Assembly: GCA_038087875.1 (NCBI GenBank)
Contig: CM075990.1
Span: 14,696,001 to 14,760,000, forward strand
Direction of reading: 5' to 3'
Length of the DNA: 64,000 nucleotides
DNA from: Malacoraja senta
Lineage: Eukaryota
The position numbers and the translations under genes were made by a program. Shown here piece after piece: positions 10,149 to 22,429 of the stretch. The stretch's first letter is position 1, and each line of letters starts with the position of its first letter. The notes beneath the pieces are model-generated. The model was not told the origin of the DNA. It did no database searches and saw nothing but the letters and a program-made list of their open reading frames with translations.

Positions 10149-11312
10149 AACAGTCACATTCTCTGTACATTGCTTACTCAAGCCAGGTTCACGATTATGT
10201 CAATGTATGTACTTTCTCTGGGCCTGCCACCTGTACCTTTCCAATGAAATTCGTGCATTAACTTTCAGCGTTCATATATTCTGCAGAGAACAGAGAGTAA
10301 ACATTGTCAATGATGCAGAGTTCTTATTTGGATAACCAACTGGTTACGTTACTCTCGTTTAGTGTTTAGAATCTACATGTTTACTGTGTGTATTTACCAG
10401 ATGAGAGTCATTTGCAGATGAGATAACAAAGCTGCAGTTCTATTTTAAATTTGTGAAGGACCCAATGACTTTCTGCTAATTTCTGATGTTCTCATCTTCA
10501 TTGCTTTATCGAGGCATACTCCGTCCTGACTGTATTCATGGTCAAACCAGTCTGTTAATTATACCGGATTGAACAGAGGACAGATTGTTGAATGAGTCGA
10601 CCCTGCTAATTAATTGACCTATAAGCCATCTCGCTTCTCAAGAAAAGAGCATTCCTCTTTATCATGTGATTATAATGCTGAATGCTTCTCAAGTGCCTGT
10701 TTGTTTTTGTGCCCAGTACTTTGTTTCTACAGCACACAAAAGCACTGTGCATGTGTATGTTCACATCTTTTGATATAAATAGTTTTGATGATTTACCCTG
10801 CAGCTGATAACTTTCATTTGAGTTTCTGAAGTTGACGTTAACGTGGAATTGGAAATGCATGAAACCAGCGATAAAGTGCTAATTCACAGTATTATACATA
10901 GAATGAACTCATTCTGTTAAGCATCGGCGCTAACTTATCACAAAATCTTTGAGCAAATATTAAATTCATTTTTATTTCTAAATTTAAGACAAAGCAAAAA
11001 CTCTCCCCCCTAATTAAGCTGTTTTCAACTTTCTCTACTTGTCACATGGTGTTCTTTCTTTAAAGGAGCAGTCCTCTAAAGATTTTTATATGGAGGTGGA
11101 ATTCTTTCCTCACTCTTCAAAGAATATTCCCGCTGCTTATTTGTTTCAACTGGGAGCAGGGCCAAGTGATCTGTTAACATATTTTAGTGTCTCTGGGTAT
11201 ATATCTTCTTCCTGTCCCTGAGAGGAAATCTGAGGTGGAAACTCCCCATTTTGGAAATCAAAATAAAATAAGTCCTTCTTCAGGGACTGGAACCTTGCGT
11301 GTATTTTACATT

Positions 11313-11444
11313 GTGTAGGAAGGAACTGCAGATGCTGGTTTAAATCGGAGATAGACACAAAATGCTGGAGTAACTCTGTGGGTGAGGCAGCATCTCTGGA
11401 GAGAAGGAATGGGTGACGTTTCGGGTCAAGACCCTTCTTCAGAC
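11313..11444 (-). mobile_element. Penelope-derived short element with intact hammerhead-like core
   Basis: Minus strand GTCTGAAGAAGGGTCTTGACCCGAAACGTCACCC (11444-11411), then the family 3' tail ...GCAGTTCCTTCCTACAC. Confidence 0.8.
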
Positions 11445-11730
11445 TTTGACAATGTATTCAGACAATGTATTTTGTATTGACGTTTCTTGTCCTGTGAATG
11501 GTGATGTTGGTAACTATTAAGGAGCAAAGATTATTTTGTTTATTTTGTTGAGGATGATAGAAAAGGAGCATTTCACTTCTTAAATTCAGTAACTTCAACT
11601 TGGTTTTTTTGTGGCTGTGTTAATTTTGCTTAAGAAAATTGGGTTAAAGTAGTTGTTGTAACATTGGCTGGACAATTTGTGTTGGGTCTGAGAGAGGTGC
11701 TGTGGAGATGCTTATGATGACGTCCTGCGT

Positions 11731-12032
11731 AGTTTAGTTTAGAGATACAGCGCGGAATCAGGTCCTTCGGTTCACCGAATCCATGCCGACCAGCGATTCC
11801 CGTGCATTAACATTATTCTACACACACTAGGGACAATTTACACTAATATCAAGTATACAAACCCAAGCCAATTGACCTACAAACCTGTACATCTTTGGAG
11901 TGTGGGAGGAAACCGAAGATCTCGGAGAAAACCACGGGGAGAACGTACAAATTCCGTACAGGCAGTGAATAATCTCTGGCGCTGCAAGCGCTGTAAGGCA
12001 GCAACTCTACCGCAGCGGCACCATGCCGCCCC
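11731..12032 (-). mobile_element. HE1-like V-SINE
   Basis: Reverse complement of the 7052-7357 family. Confidence 0.8.
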
Positions 12033-13274
12033 GATGGGGTTCTTTGTCCAGAATACTTTTTGTGGCCTTGATTGTCTCAGTGCTTCTTCCAAGTGTTGTT
12101 CAACATGGAGCAGTGTCGTGTTGGAAGCTGAGCAAAGGAGTGGAGAGAAATTTCCTCGCTTTTTGCCGTGAGGATTATCATTCACATTGGGGGTACCAGG
12201 ACTGCTGGGTACCACTTTATGACCACCTCTGACAGCTCTGCCTGAAATTGGGTAAGGACATAACTGGATATTGTGTTTTAAGATGAAATTGTGACTTCAA
12301 GGTATAGTTCTATGAGTGCAGTGGACAATCCCTAAATGTTCATGAGGTGGATTGACTGGGTTGTAAATGACTTTGCTGCATCTGAGCTTGATGCAGCAAT
12401 CAATGCCAGTTTCAATCATCATATGTTTTAATGTTGGTTGTTATATGCAGCTGATGGCTTGCTGGGTCACCCCGGAAAGCATGTAAAAGACATCGGTGTT
12501 GCTGTACGTCTGAAGTTGTAGTGGATTATTTTCTGAAGAACGTTAGTGATGATTGGTACCACCAAGGGGGGGAGCGACTGAGTTTCTCATTATGATGATG
12601 GGCGATGTCAGAACCTGTGACTATGTGGTGTTTTCAGTAACAATCCAAGACACCTCTGAGCAGAAGGGAGAATGTGGCCACAAGTCACAGATCAGATGTT
12701 TGAGGTGACAAAAGGCGTATTAAAAGGATTCTGAAGGAGGTGAATATAAAGAGACAGAATGGTTTTGAGCTGAGTTTTCAATGCATTCCCTGTTGTGCTT
12801 CAATTCGTAGCGATTTACTGTATCACCAATTCTCTACTGTGGTTTAAAAAGATGAATGAAGAATTATTCATTGTAAATGCAGACCTCTTTAATTTTACTG
12901 TACAATATTGCCATCCTATCCACAACAAAGTTTGCTGCTCTTATTTCCTTCATTTCACTAACCTGTCCGTTTGAAAATTCACAGTCCAGAGAGATAGAGG
13001 GTGGAAACAGGGTCCTCAGGCCACCGAACCCACACCGACAAGCAAATGGGTTCATTACTAATCTTTAATCACACTCATCTTACTTGTTAATAGTAGAAGA
13101 CTTTATAATCTAGTTTCAATTATATTAAAGATAACAAATGTACACATGTGCTTGTACACCATTTCTCAAACAGTGCTGAAAATGCAGTTAGATATACAGA
13201 AATGTTAAATGCTAATTTAATCTGCTTATTTCAAATTTATTTAATATTTAAAATAAATAATTTGTGTTGTGCAG

Positions 13275-13375
13275 GTTTCTTACATCAGTCAAGAATGTGA
13301 AGCAATCCCTGAACAACTTGGCCGGACACATGGACTTTTCACAAAGCGCTTGGATGTTAGTTTCAATCTACTAAG
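13275..13375 (+). CDS. LRMDA: LRMDA coding exon 2 (101 nt), start of the leucine-rich repeat region
   Basis: Acceptor ttgtgttgtgcAG| and donor AG|GTAAGG. Translates [33 protein letters not shown](R), versus human [34 protein letters not shown] as recalled. Confidence 0.95.
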
Positions 13376-15326
13376 GTAAGGTTCTATCCACAAAGAGCAT
13401 ATCATCGCACTTTATCTCCAAGGAAGTAAGTAATAGCACTTAAATTCTGCAGTGAGCATCTCATTTCTTGAGTGGCATTGGTACACATGATCTACAGTAA
13501 AGCTTCTATTGAATTATAATGCATCATCTAGACTTGAAAGATTTCCTTTTAGTCTGATAACTATAATGTGCATCTTTCCATTGTTTCTATATATCATAAT
13601 TTGAATGTGTTTGTTTACAAACTGTAATATCTTGATTAATTTAAACCTACAACTGGAATACACAGTGGAGAGTTCTCAGACTTGTCACTCCTCCTGTCAG
13701 AAAATAGTACAATAATGGGCAAATCAGAAGAAATATATTGCAGACTTCTTGTTGGCTTCAAGCTTGTTACAAGTTAGAGGTGTCCTTGAAATTGAGAAGC
13801 AGGTATGTTACTTTTTTTAAAGTCAGGCTCTACGATCTAATACAGAATGTCAATGCCAATGTTGATGTCAAATTAATGGTAAGCCATGTACTTTGGCCAT
13901 TTGTGTGGAACAGAGAGCAGCGGAACCAATGTTTTCAAAGAGATCGCTGGAAATCACCTGGAGAAGGCTGAGAGTCCAGGTTTGTGTATTTCTGTAGGTG
14001 AGGAGAGGTTTGCAATCTGCTCCAGACAAGCAATTGAACTTCCTACTCTCTTGAAGTTTACTTGTCTGAAAAGCTCATAAATTCAATTCTAAAAACCTGG
14101 ATCCTTGTCAATAAGGGAGCTATGAGTCGTTTCTGCTCATTCAATCTCATTCGATGAAGTTGGCCGGTGGGGTGGGGGTGGGAGGGGGTATCAAAATTAC
14201 CTCCAGCTATTCAGCAGAGGTAATTGAAAATCTTTTTATCCAGAAACACTATCCGTATATCCCAAAGATTGACTTTTGATATAACAATGCACAGAAAAAT
14301 ACTATCTATGACCTAATAATTACAACGAGCTGTTCAGCTGTTTTAGTCACGGTTTTTACTTGATGACTGAGGCGTGACACAAATCTGTGTTAATTGCTAA
14401 TTTAAGCAAAATTAATTTCTCGGGTCATATGCTTTGTTTTGTAATGATCTGAACGCTGATTTCAATGGCTGGCTGTTCCCATAAAAGAGATCAAAGTAGC
14501 ATCCATGTGACGGTGTTTCAGATACCCTTTCAATCATATGGATGATAAAGTCCTCTATGTTGGTATTATATGCATCTCACAGAAGGAATGTGTACAGGTA
14601 ATTAGTTGCCATTAATGAGACACAACTTATTTCATAGTTGAAAGACATGGATTGTTTTTATTCTAAAGGTAGCTTAAAGTAGATAATAAATCAAGAAAAA
14701 CATACTGGCATGTTAGTGGTTCCTATCAACATTGCATGATACATATAGACTTGATAAGAATCCTTGCAAAATAAAAATGAGCTCTTTTACCGCAGATAAA
14801 TGTATATGTGTTATTGTATGGTGCTTATACCATATCCATTGCAGTTGAATAGGTCTTATTATGATATTGTAAAGAGAATTGCTTATTTTTCAAAATTATT
14901 GCATTTTGAAAAAACCCACTGAGCCATTATAGCGTGAAAAAGAATACAATGATAAAAGTGTCACATGATGCTGTCTTATTTGTTTACAATTTTAGTTAAT
15001 AGTTTTTGACGGTTTGGCTCCACTTCACCATGAAAATAATCGGTTCAGAATTCATCAAGCATTGTACCATGGAAACATATGTATTGTGTAAAATTCAACG
15101 ATACACAAATTTCACACTCGCAACACTGCAATGCATTGTAACCATACAGATTCACAGAACTGAATTTGGCATGAAGCTCCGAAGATATCTTGGAAACTGT
15201 ACATGTGAAGATTCTTGGGTCATTAATGTAACAAGACATACCTCATAACAGTTATTGTTTTGGTTACCTTCTGAGAGATTCACCATGCTTTGGGCTCTGC
15301 AAACTTGACTGAAAGATCTAATTAAG

Positions 15327-15489
15327 TGGGACAGGCAGCATCTCTGGACAGAAGGGATGGGTGACATTTCAGGTCACCCGGAACGTCACCCATTCCTTCG
15401 ATCCAGAGAAGCTGCCTGTCCTGCTGAGTTACTCCAGCATTTTGTGTCTATCTTCGGTGTAAACCAGCATCTGCAGTTCCTTCCTGCAC
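15327..15489. mobile_element. Penelope-derived hairpin element with 13-bp TSD
   Basis: TSD AGATCTAATTAAG (15314-15326) / AGATCTAAATAAG (15490-15502); inverted arms. Confidence 0.8.
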
Positions 15490-17653
15490 AGATCTAAATA
15501 AGCTATGTGTCTATTTCCACAATGTGGAATACAGATTTATCTACAAAAACCAACATGCACATTTACTTGTTTGAAATTCGTCAATAATCCAATTTTGATG
15601 AGTTTGTGAAAACGATGTTCGGATTGATTATGTAAAAAACATTCTTCGCCAACTAGTGGAAAAACAAAGTCCTGGAGAAACTTGGTGGGTCACACACTCC
15701 TGTGTGTGGAAATGGACTGACAATGTTTCAGATTCAACTGGTAATCCTGCTGCTTTTCCAACTAGCATGACCCTACCTCTTAAGATATGAATTTAGATTG
15801 TACTAAAAAAATCTTAATGCCAAACGTTTTGGATGGTACATAAATTATATGCATCTCAGTATGGGAAAATATTGCTTTAAAAGGGATATAAGACTATCTA
15901 CTTCCTAAAAAAAAGTGTAATTGAGGTAGAAACACACAGGAGTGCAGAGAGCAAAAAACAAGTATATTAATGCAGTCTAACCAATTTGCTAAATGAGCAA
16001 ACAAAGCACTGAATTAAACTTTGGGATGTACACATTTCTAAAAGCTCGAACCCATCAAAAAAATATGTAGCAAATGGATTAGAACAAAATAAGTCTCCAA
16101 CATTATGGAGCACTACATAGCACTATGTGTTCTTTGCATTTCCTAAATTAAAAGAAAATAACTGCAGGGAATGTTCTTAGTCTCTGGATGAATGGTTGTC
16201 GGTAAATGTTTTCAAATATAACTTGACTGTCTAATCAAGGCTTCGTTACAGCATTTTTTTTATTTGAACCTTGGGGGGCTGGTTCTGCATCAAATGCCTC
16301 CTTAATTTAGTGAAATTATTTTTGAAAAATATCCTTTGTAGAAGAAATTTGTGCATTAGGTTCCTAAATTCGAGATGATTTGCAAACAAGGACTGAAAAG
16401 ACTAACTGTAGCAAAATGAGTTACATGCTGTGAATATTAAGATTGTTAAATGAGTGATATTAAAAAAAAGTGATGTGTAGATTTAGAGAGTATTACTTTA
16501 ATAAAAAAAACACTTTAAATAGTAATAGAAACGGACTGCATTTGGATACTAATTACTGTTCCATGTTTTAATGTTTAGTTGACCTTTGGGGTTATAAAAT
16601 GAAATAGTGAATATTTAATTTGCCTAGGATTCTTGAATTTTGCTATATTTTCATTGTTACACAGCGCAGGAACAGACCTTTTGGCCCAACCTGTCTGTGC
16701 TGACCAAGACAGTGCATGTAATTTCTTTGGTCTGTAATGCACAGAAGCAAGATGTACTGTATAACTGCATCTGCTGTTAGCTGCACTTGATATGATTAGG
16801 TTTTAATATTTGGTTCAGCAGTTTTCTGATTGCGCTCTGTAGTGTAGGGAAGATGATGTGTCAAACAACTAAATGTGCATGTTGGTTTTTGTAGGTTAAT
16901 CTGTATTCTGCATGAGTGTGGTAAGCGTTTGTATATTTGCAATAACTGTATGATTAATAGGATAGAGACTAAAGGAAGTACAGACTGGGTCATGTCGATC
17001 TTAAATCAAGGAGGGAGAGGAAATGGTGGGAAAGAATGTGTGGAACACTAAAGTGGTAGAGTAAGGCAGTGGGTCAGGCAGCATCTCTGGAGGACGTTTC
17101 AGGTCTGGATCCTCATTCAGAATGTTTGGATTAAGAGACAAAAGACAGGGAAGATCAATTTTAATTTTATGTTAAAAAAAATCTTCAATTATTAAAACCT
17201 GATGGACTGCCTCTTACCAAGAGTTCATCAAGCCAAACGTGGCAGTCGTTCTTTAAGCATGTTGATATGAATGTTCACAGCTTCTCACTCCACGGATGCT
17301 GCCTGATCTATTGACGATTGCCAGGACTTTCTGACTTATCCACAGTGTTTCCTTTTGAATGTTACTTTAACTAGCAGTAATTAACTATTGTTTATCGGTT
17401 AAAAAGTAGACAAGACATGAAGATTCCAATACTTAGTGAGTCAGGATTACCAAGAGGAAGGGGATTCACCAGTCACTCCGAGTACCTGGTTCAGTTCAGG
17501 GATTGTGGAGCAGAGGTGGAAACTCGAGAGTCCAGAGTGTTTTGTTGTCATTTGTCCCAGATAGAACAATTAAATTCTTACTTGCAGCAACACAACAGAA
17601 TGTGTAAACATAGAACACTGTAAATAATGTGATACATGAGAAAAAATAAGACA

Positions 17654-19188
17654 ATAATAATAATAATACATTTTATTTATAATAGCGCTTTTCAAGGACT
17701 CAAATTTGCTTTACATGTAGAGTCAAAAACAAAACAAAATAGAGCAGTAAGACAGAGATGCAAAGGGGAGGGGGACATGGGACGAAGGGTATGCAGAGGT
17801 GAAGAGATGGGTCTTGAGGCGGGACTGGAGGATGGTGAGGGACTCAGAATTTCAGATCAGTTGTGGGAGGGAGTTCCAGAGCCTGGGAACTGCCCTGGAG
17901 AAGGCTCTGTTTCCAAAAGTGCAGAGGTTGGATTTCGGAATGGAGAGGAGACCGGCTGATGTGGATCTGAGGGACCGTGAGGGTTGGTAGGGGGAGAGGA
18001 GGTCAGTGAGATAAGGGGGGGGCCAAGTGGTTGAGGGCTTTGTAGGTGAGGACCAGGATTTTGTAGATGATCCGGTGGGAAATGGGAAGCCAGTGAAGTT
18101 CTTTGAGAACTGGGGTGATGTGGTGCCAGGATTTGGTGTGGGTGATGAGTCGGGCGGCTGCATTCTGGACCAGTTGGAGTCGGTTGATGTTGCTGGCCAA
18201 AGAGAAGAGAAGAGAGTTACAGTAGTCCAGTCGGGAGGAGATGAAGGCATGGATGAGTCTTTCAGCAGCGGGGGGTGTGAGAGAGGGTTTTGATTTTTGC
18301 AATGTTGCGGAGGTGAAAAAATGATGTTTTGACAACATGGCGGATGTGAGGCTCAAGGAAGAGGGTTGAGTCAAAGATCACGCCAAGGTTGCGGGCCTGA
18401 GGAGATGGGGAGACAATGGTGCCGTCAATAGTGAGAGTGGGGTTGTTAATTTTGGTAAGTGTTGATTTGGAGCCAATGAGGAGAAATTCTGTTTTGTTAC
18501 TGTTTAATTTAAGGAAGTTGAGTTGCATCCAAGATTTGATGGCTGACTTGCAGGAGTTGATATGGGAGAGAGGGGGGTGGTGGGGGGACTTGGTGCTGAG
18601 ATAGATCTGGGTGTCATCAGCATAGCAGTGGAAGTCCAGGTTGAAGTGACGGAGTATATGACCAAGGGGGAGGATGTAGATGATGAAGAGGAGGGGACCA
18701 AGAACGGAGCCTTGGGGAACGCCTTGAGTGACAGTGGCTGTGGCAGAGGTGTGGTTATGGAGAGAGATGAAGTGGGATCGGTTGGAAAGGTAGGAACGGA
18801 GCCAGCTGAGTGCAGAACCTTCAATGCCAAGGTCTTTTAGTCTGGTAAGCAGGATGTTATGGTTCACGGTATCGAAGGCTGCACTCAGGTCGAGGAGGAT
18901 GAGGATGTTGAGGGAACCAGTATCAGCAGAGGTGAGGAGGTCGTTGAGGACTTTGAGGAGAGCAGTTTCTGTGCTATGGAGGGGGCGAAAGCCAGATTGG
19001 AGGGGTTCGAATAGGTTATACGCGAGGAGGTGGGAATGAAGTTGTGACGCGACGATACGCTCCAGGGTTTTTGAAAGAAAGGGGAGGTTTGAGATGGGGC
19101 GGTAGTTAATGAGAGAGGAGGGATCAAGACCAGGTTTCTTTAAGATTGGTGTGACAGCAGCAGTTTTGAAAGCAGTTTTAAGATCAGT
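17654..19188 (-). mobile_element. L2-clade LINE, 5'-truncated, with a frameshifted reverse transcriptase
   Basis: NYRPISNLPFLSK, QSGFR..HSTETAL, LLDLSAAFDTV, GVPQGSVLGPLLF, YADDTQIY, then SRLDYCNSLL and HITPVLKELHWLP in other frames; (TTA)n tail. Confidence 0.95.
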
Positions 19189-19189
19189 G

Positions 19190-19190
19190 T

Positions 19191-19231
<41 letters not shown>

Positions 19232-19312
19232 ACACACGCACGCGCACGCGCACGCGCACGCACACGCACACGCACACGCACACGCACACGCACACACATG
19301 CACACGCACATG
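19190..19312. repeat. (CA)n / (CACG)n / (CACACG)n compound microsatellite
   Basis: Seen directly. Confidence 0.95.
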
Positions 19313-21706
19313 CATATTTAAAAAAAACAATTATAGTGCAATATTAACAATAACCATCTATGTAGTTCAGAGCTATTTGGAGGTTGTAGTGTTTAATAGT
19401 CTAATGTGGGAAGAAGCTGTTCCTGAACCTGGACCGTACAGTTTTCAAGCTCCTGTACCTTCTACATGATGGCAGGGGTGAATTGAGTATGTGGCCAGGG
19501 TGGTGTGGGTCTCTGATGTTGCTGGCTGCCTTTTTGAGGCAGCGATTCTGGTAAATCCTGTCGATGGTGGGCAGGTCAGAACCCGTGATGGACTGGGCAG
19601 TGTTCACAAGTTTTTGCAGTCTTCCCTCCTGAGCATTCAAGTTGCCGAGCCAGGCCACGATGCAGCCAGTCAATATGCTCTCTACTGTACACCTGTAGAA
19701 GTTCAACTCTACAAGAGATCGGAGTCCAATATGTGTTGTATTACCTATTCTTCTGGGTAGATATTCTGAGGAGGGTTTGGTGCAATGTGGTGCAAAAGCC
19801 TGAATGTGATTGGGGTATAGGAGAGTGGTGTGATGTGGCATGGCATTGGAGATTTCAACTGTGGACTGACTCAATGATGGCAGGGGAAGACAGAAGCCTT
19901 TATTCTTGCTCATACACAATCTTGGAAAGCGACCTAGTTTCCTTCTTCATAAGACAGTTCTTGCTGCACTTGGCTGCTGGATTTTTCAAGGCCTAATGTT
20001 AAAGTTTAAATGGGAATACAATAAGAGGTAGGTGCTTTATCAAACCACTTAAATGAGGCACACACCTCCTGACTTCCCTCAATACTTCCAATAAAAGTTT
20101 GTTGAAAGTTGACCTGAAACATTTACTCTGCTTTTCTCCACCAATGTTGGCTGACCTGCCATGCATTTCTAGAAACCTCTGTTTCTCCTTCAAATTCCCA
20201 ACAACTTGTAATTTTAGACAAAGTGAATGCTGGAGTAACTCATCGGGTCAGGCAGCATCTCCGGAGAAAATGGCTTGGTGACGTTTTGTATCAGGACCAT
20301 TCTATAGTGGCAGAAGGCCACTACACCTTCAGATGGATTGTAAGATGGGGGGGGGGGGGGGGGGACTGGAAGCAAGATAAGCTTATTATTTTACTCTTGC
20401 AAGTCTAGTACTTTCATGGGGTACTTTTCAAAGCCATCATAAAAGCAGCATTTTGTATAGTTGCCCAATTTATCAATTAATTAATTATTTTACTGTAAGC
20501 CATTAGCTTCAGGTTTTAATTTTATGTGTATAAGAATGTGCAGGCATGTAACTTCAGTTGTATTTTCCATTTGCTTTTTAACTTGTGTAATTTTATTGCT
20601 TGTTCTGTATTAAGCAGAATGCATTTTCAAGTAATATTTCAATGAAGCAGATCCGTTTGTCATCAGTTTTCTCTAGAGGACTTGATCGGACTTAGAATAA
20701 CTTCAGCCAATGTTTGTGGGTTTCCTGTGTGCTACAAAATATCTAGGCTTAATAAAAAGATCTCTTGTGAAATGAAGCAGAATCCATGAACGGTAATGCA
20801 GTTTGCTGAACTTCAGAAGTTCCCCATGATCACTTTGCCAAATGTTGCAATGGTTTGAGAAATTGGGCATTTTCACACTTGGAGATAGTTCGAAAATTTA
20901 TTAGCTATTCATGTGTGGCAGGAGTCAAGGAGATCTGATACTTAAATGCATAGAAAAGGTTACTTGAGATTTAAAATTTGCAATTATACCTCTTTGCAAC
21001 ACTTTCACAGCAAAACCAATTTCTGCGATTTGGCCATGAATCTATTTGATGCATTGCATACACTGACATTACAGATTTTGACCTTTGTTATCATGAGGAC
21101 ATGAAAGCCACCCCATCATAAGCCCATCTATGTCTGTAGAAATGGCCTGATCACCAAATGTGACATGTTAATACGGAACGAATAGAATATATTTTTTGAC
21201 AAGACATGAAAAATCACCCTGTGGCAGTTGGCACGGCGAATACATTTCAGTAGAGACACTAGTAAAGTAAATCTGACAAGTAAAGAGGAGAGATGATGGT
21301 TAGAAGGTGCTTTTTGTTTCGCATTTTTTTGACCTGTCAAGTTTCAAAAAAGCTGAATGGCCGTCTTTGTCGTGTGGAAATTGTAGTGTGAAGCAGTTAT
21401 CTCTGTTAAAATTGTGAAAGCTGGTTTAATTGATTCACTTAAGGTCTGATTCTGTCAAATATTAATAATTGCCAAACTCTGTTCAGAGATATAACTCCAA
21501 TGTGTCATGTTAAAATGTGTACTTATCAAAGAATTAATATCGTTAATGAACCAGTGGTTTGAAACTAACATTGCATGAAATTGTGTCTGCCCTTTCATAT
21601 TGCTGAAGGTAGATCAACAAGCTTTCAGGGGAGAAGTAATAACTTGCAACATTGGAGTTCCATTTGTATGGTAAACCAAGTCATGTCAGAGATTGAAGTG
21701 CTACTT

Positions 21707-21931
21707 GTGTAGGAAAGAACTGCAGATGCTGGTTTAAATCAAAGATAGACACAAAATGCTGGAGTAACTCAGCAGGACAGGCAGCATCTCTGGAGAGAAG
21801 GAATGGTTGATGTCTTGGGTCGAGACCCTTCTGAAGTCTGAAGAAGGGTCTCGACCTGAAACGTCACCTATTCCTTCTCGCCAGAGATGCTGCCTGTCCC
21901 GCTGAGTTACTCCAGCATTTTGTGTCTATCT
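21707..21931. mobile_element. Penelope-derived hairpin element with 14-bp TSD
   Basis: About 90-bp inverted arms. TSD TTGAAGTGCTACTT at 21693-21706 and 21932-21945. Confidence 0.9.
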
Positions 21932-22429
21932 TTGAAGTGCTACTTTACAGTTTAAGAAAGATCCAAGGATTTCAAGAGTCGAGCTACATGCGTGGGATTG
22001 GGAAAGGAATGGTCAAACTTTGGACTAAGCAGACAGTCTGTAGGACTATGAAGGATCCCTTTTGGATTTGCAGGTGATGGACTTTGATGTATTATTTTTG
22101 TCAAGCATATTACCTTTCTTGGTTTAATTACAAATCAAAAATACATACTGTAGTTCTGTTGAGTTCCCATCAGTTTAATCAAGCATAGAAATGCAGATAG
22201 TTATCTTAATTCTTAACAAATTTTATGGGTCATCTAAGAAGTTAATATTACCATTTATTATTATTTATTTTGCAAGGGATCAACATGGATTAGTCTACAG
22301 ATCAGTGCCAGTCATGTTAAATTCACTATTTAAACACAAAGGAACTATCCATTAGCCTGCCAGTGATCTTAATAACTAATGTTAAAAGGGCTCTCTTAAC
22401 TGAACGTCCATGAGGATATACTCAACTTT

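Larger units (their letters stand above)
147..13274 (+). other. LRMDA: LRMDA intron 1 (GT-AG, 13128 bp)
   Basis: GT at 147 and AG at 13273-13274 join the two exons in frame. Confidence 0.85.
17525..19710 (-). mobile_element. Rex1/Babar LINE 3' fragment, split by the L2 insertion at 17654-19188
   Basis: 19400-19710 encodes FYRCTVESILTGCIVAWLGN...RLQKLVNTAQSITG...HHPGH...SFFP. The 3' UTR is split between 19320-19400 and 17525-17650. Confidence 0.65.

Noticed and set aside
18262..19311. 349-aa reverse transcriptase ORF as a functional or domesticated gene, or a retron-like system
   Set aside because: It is a 5'-truncated L2 LINE. The N-terminus is translated microsatellite and the C-terminus is frameshifted.
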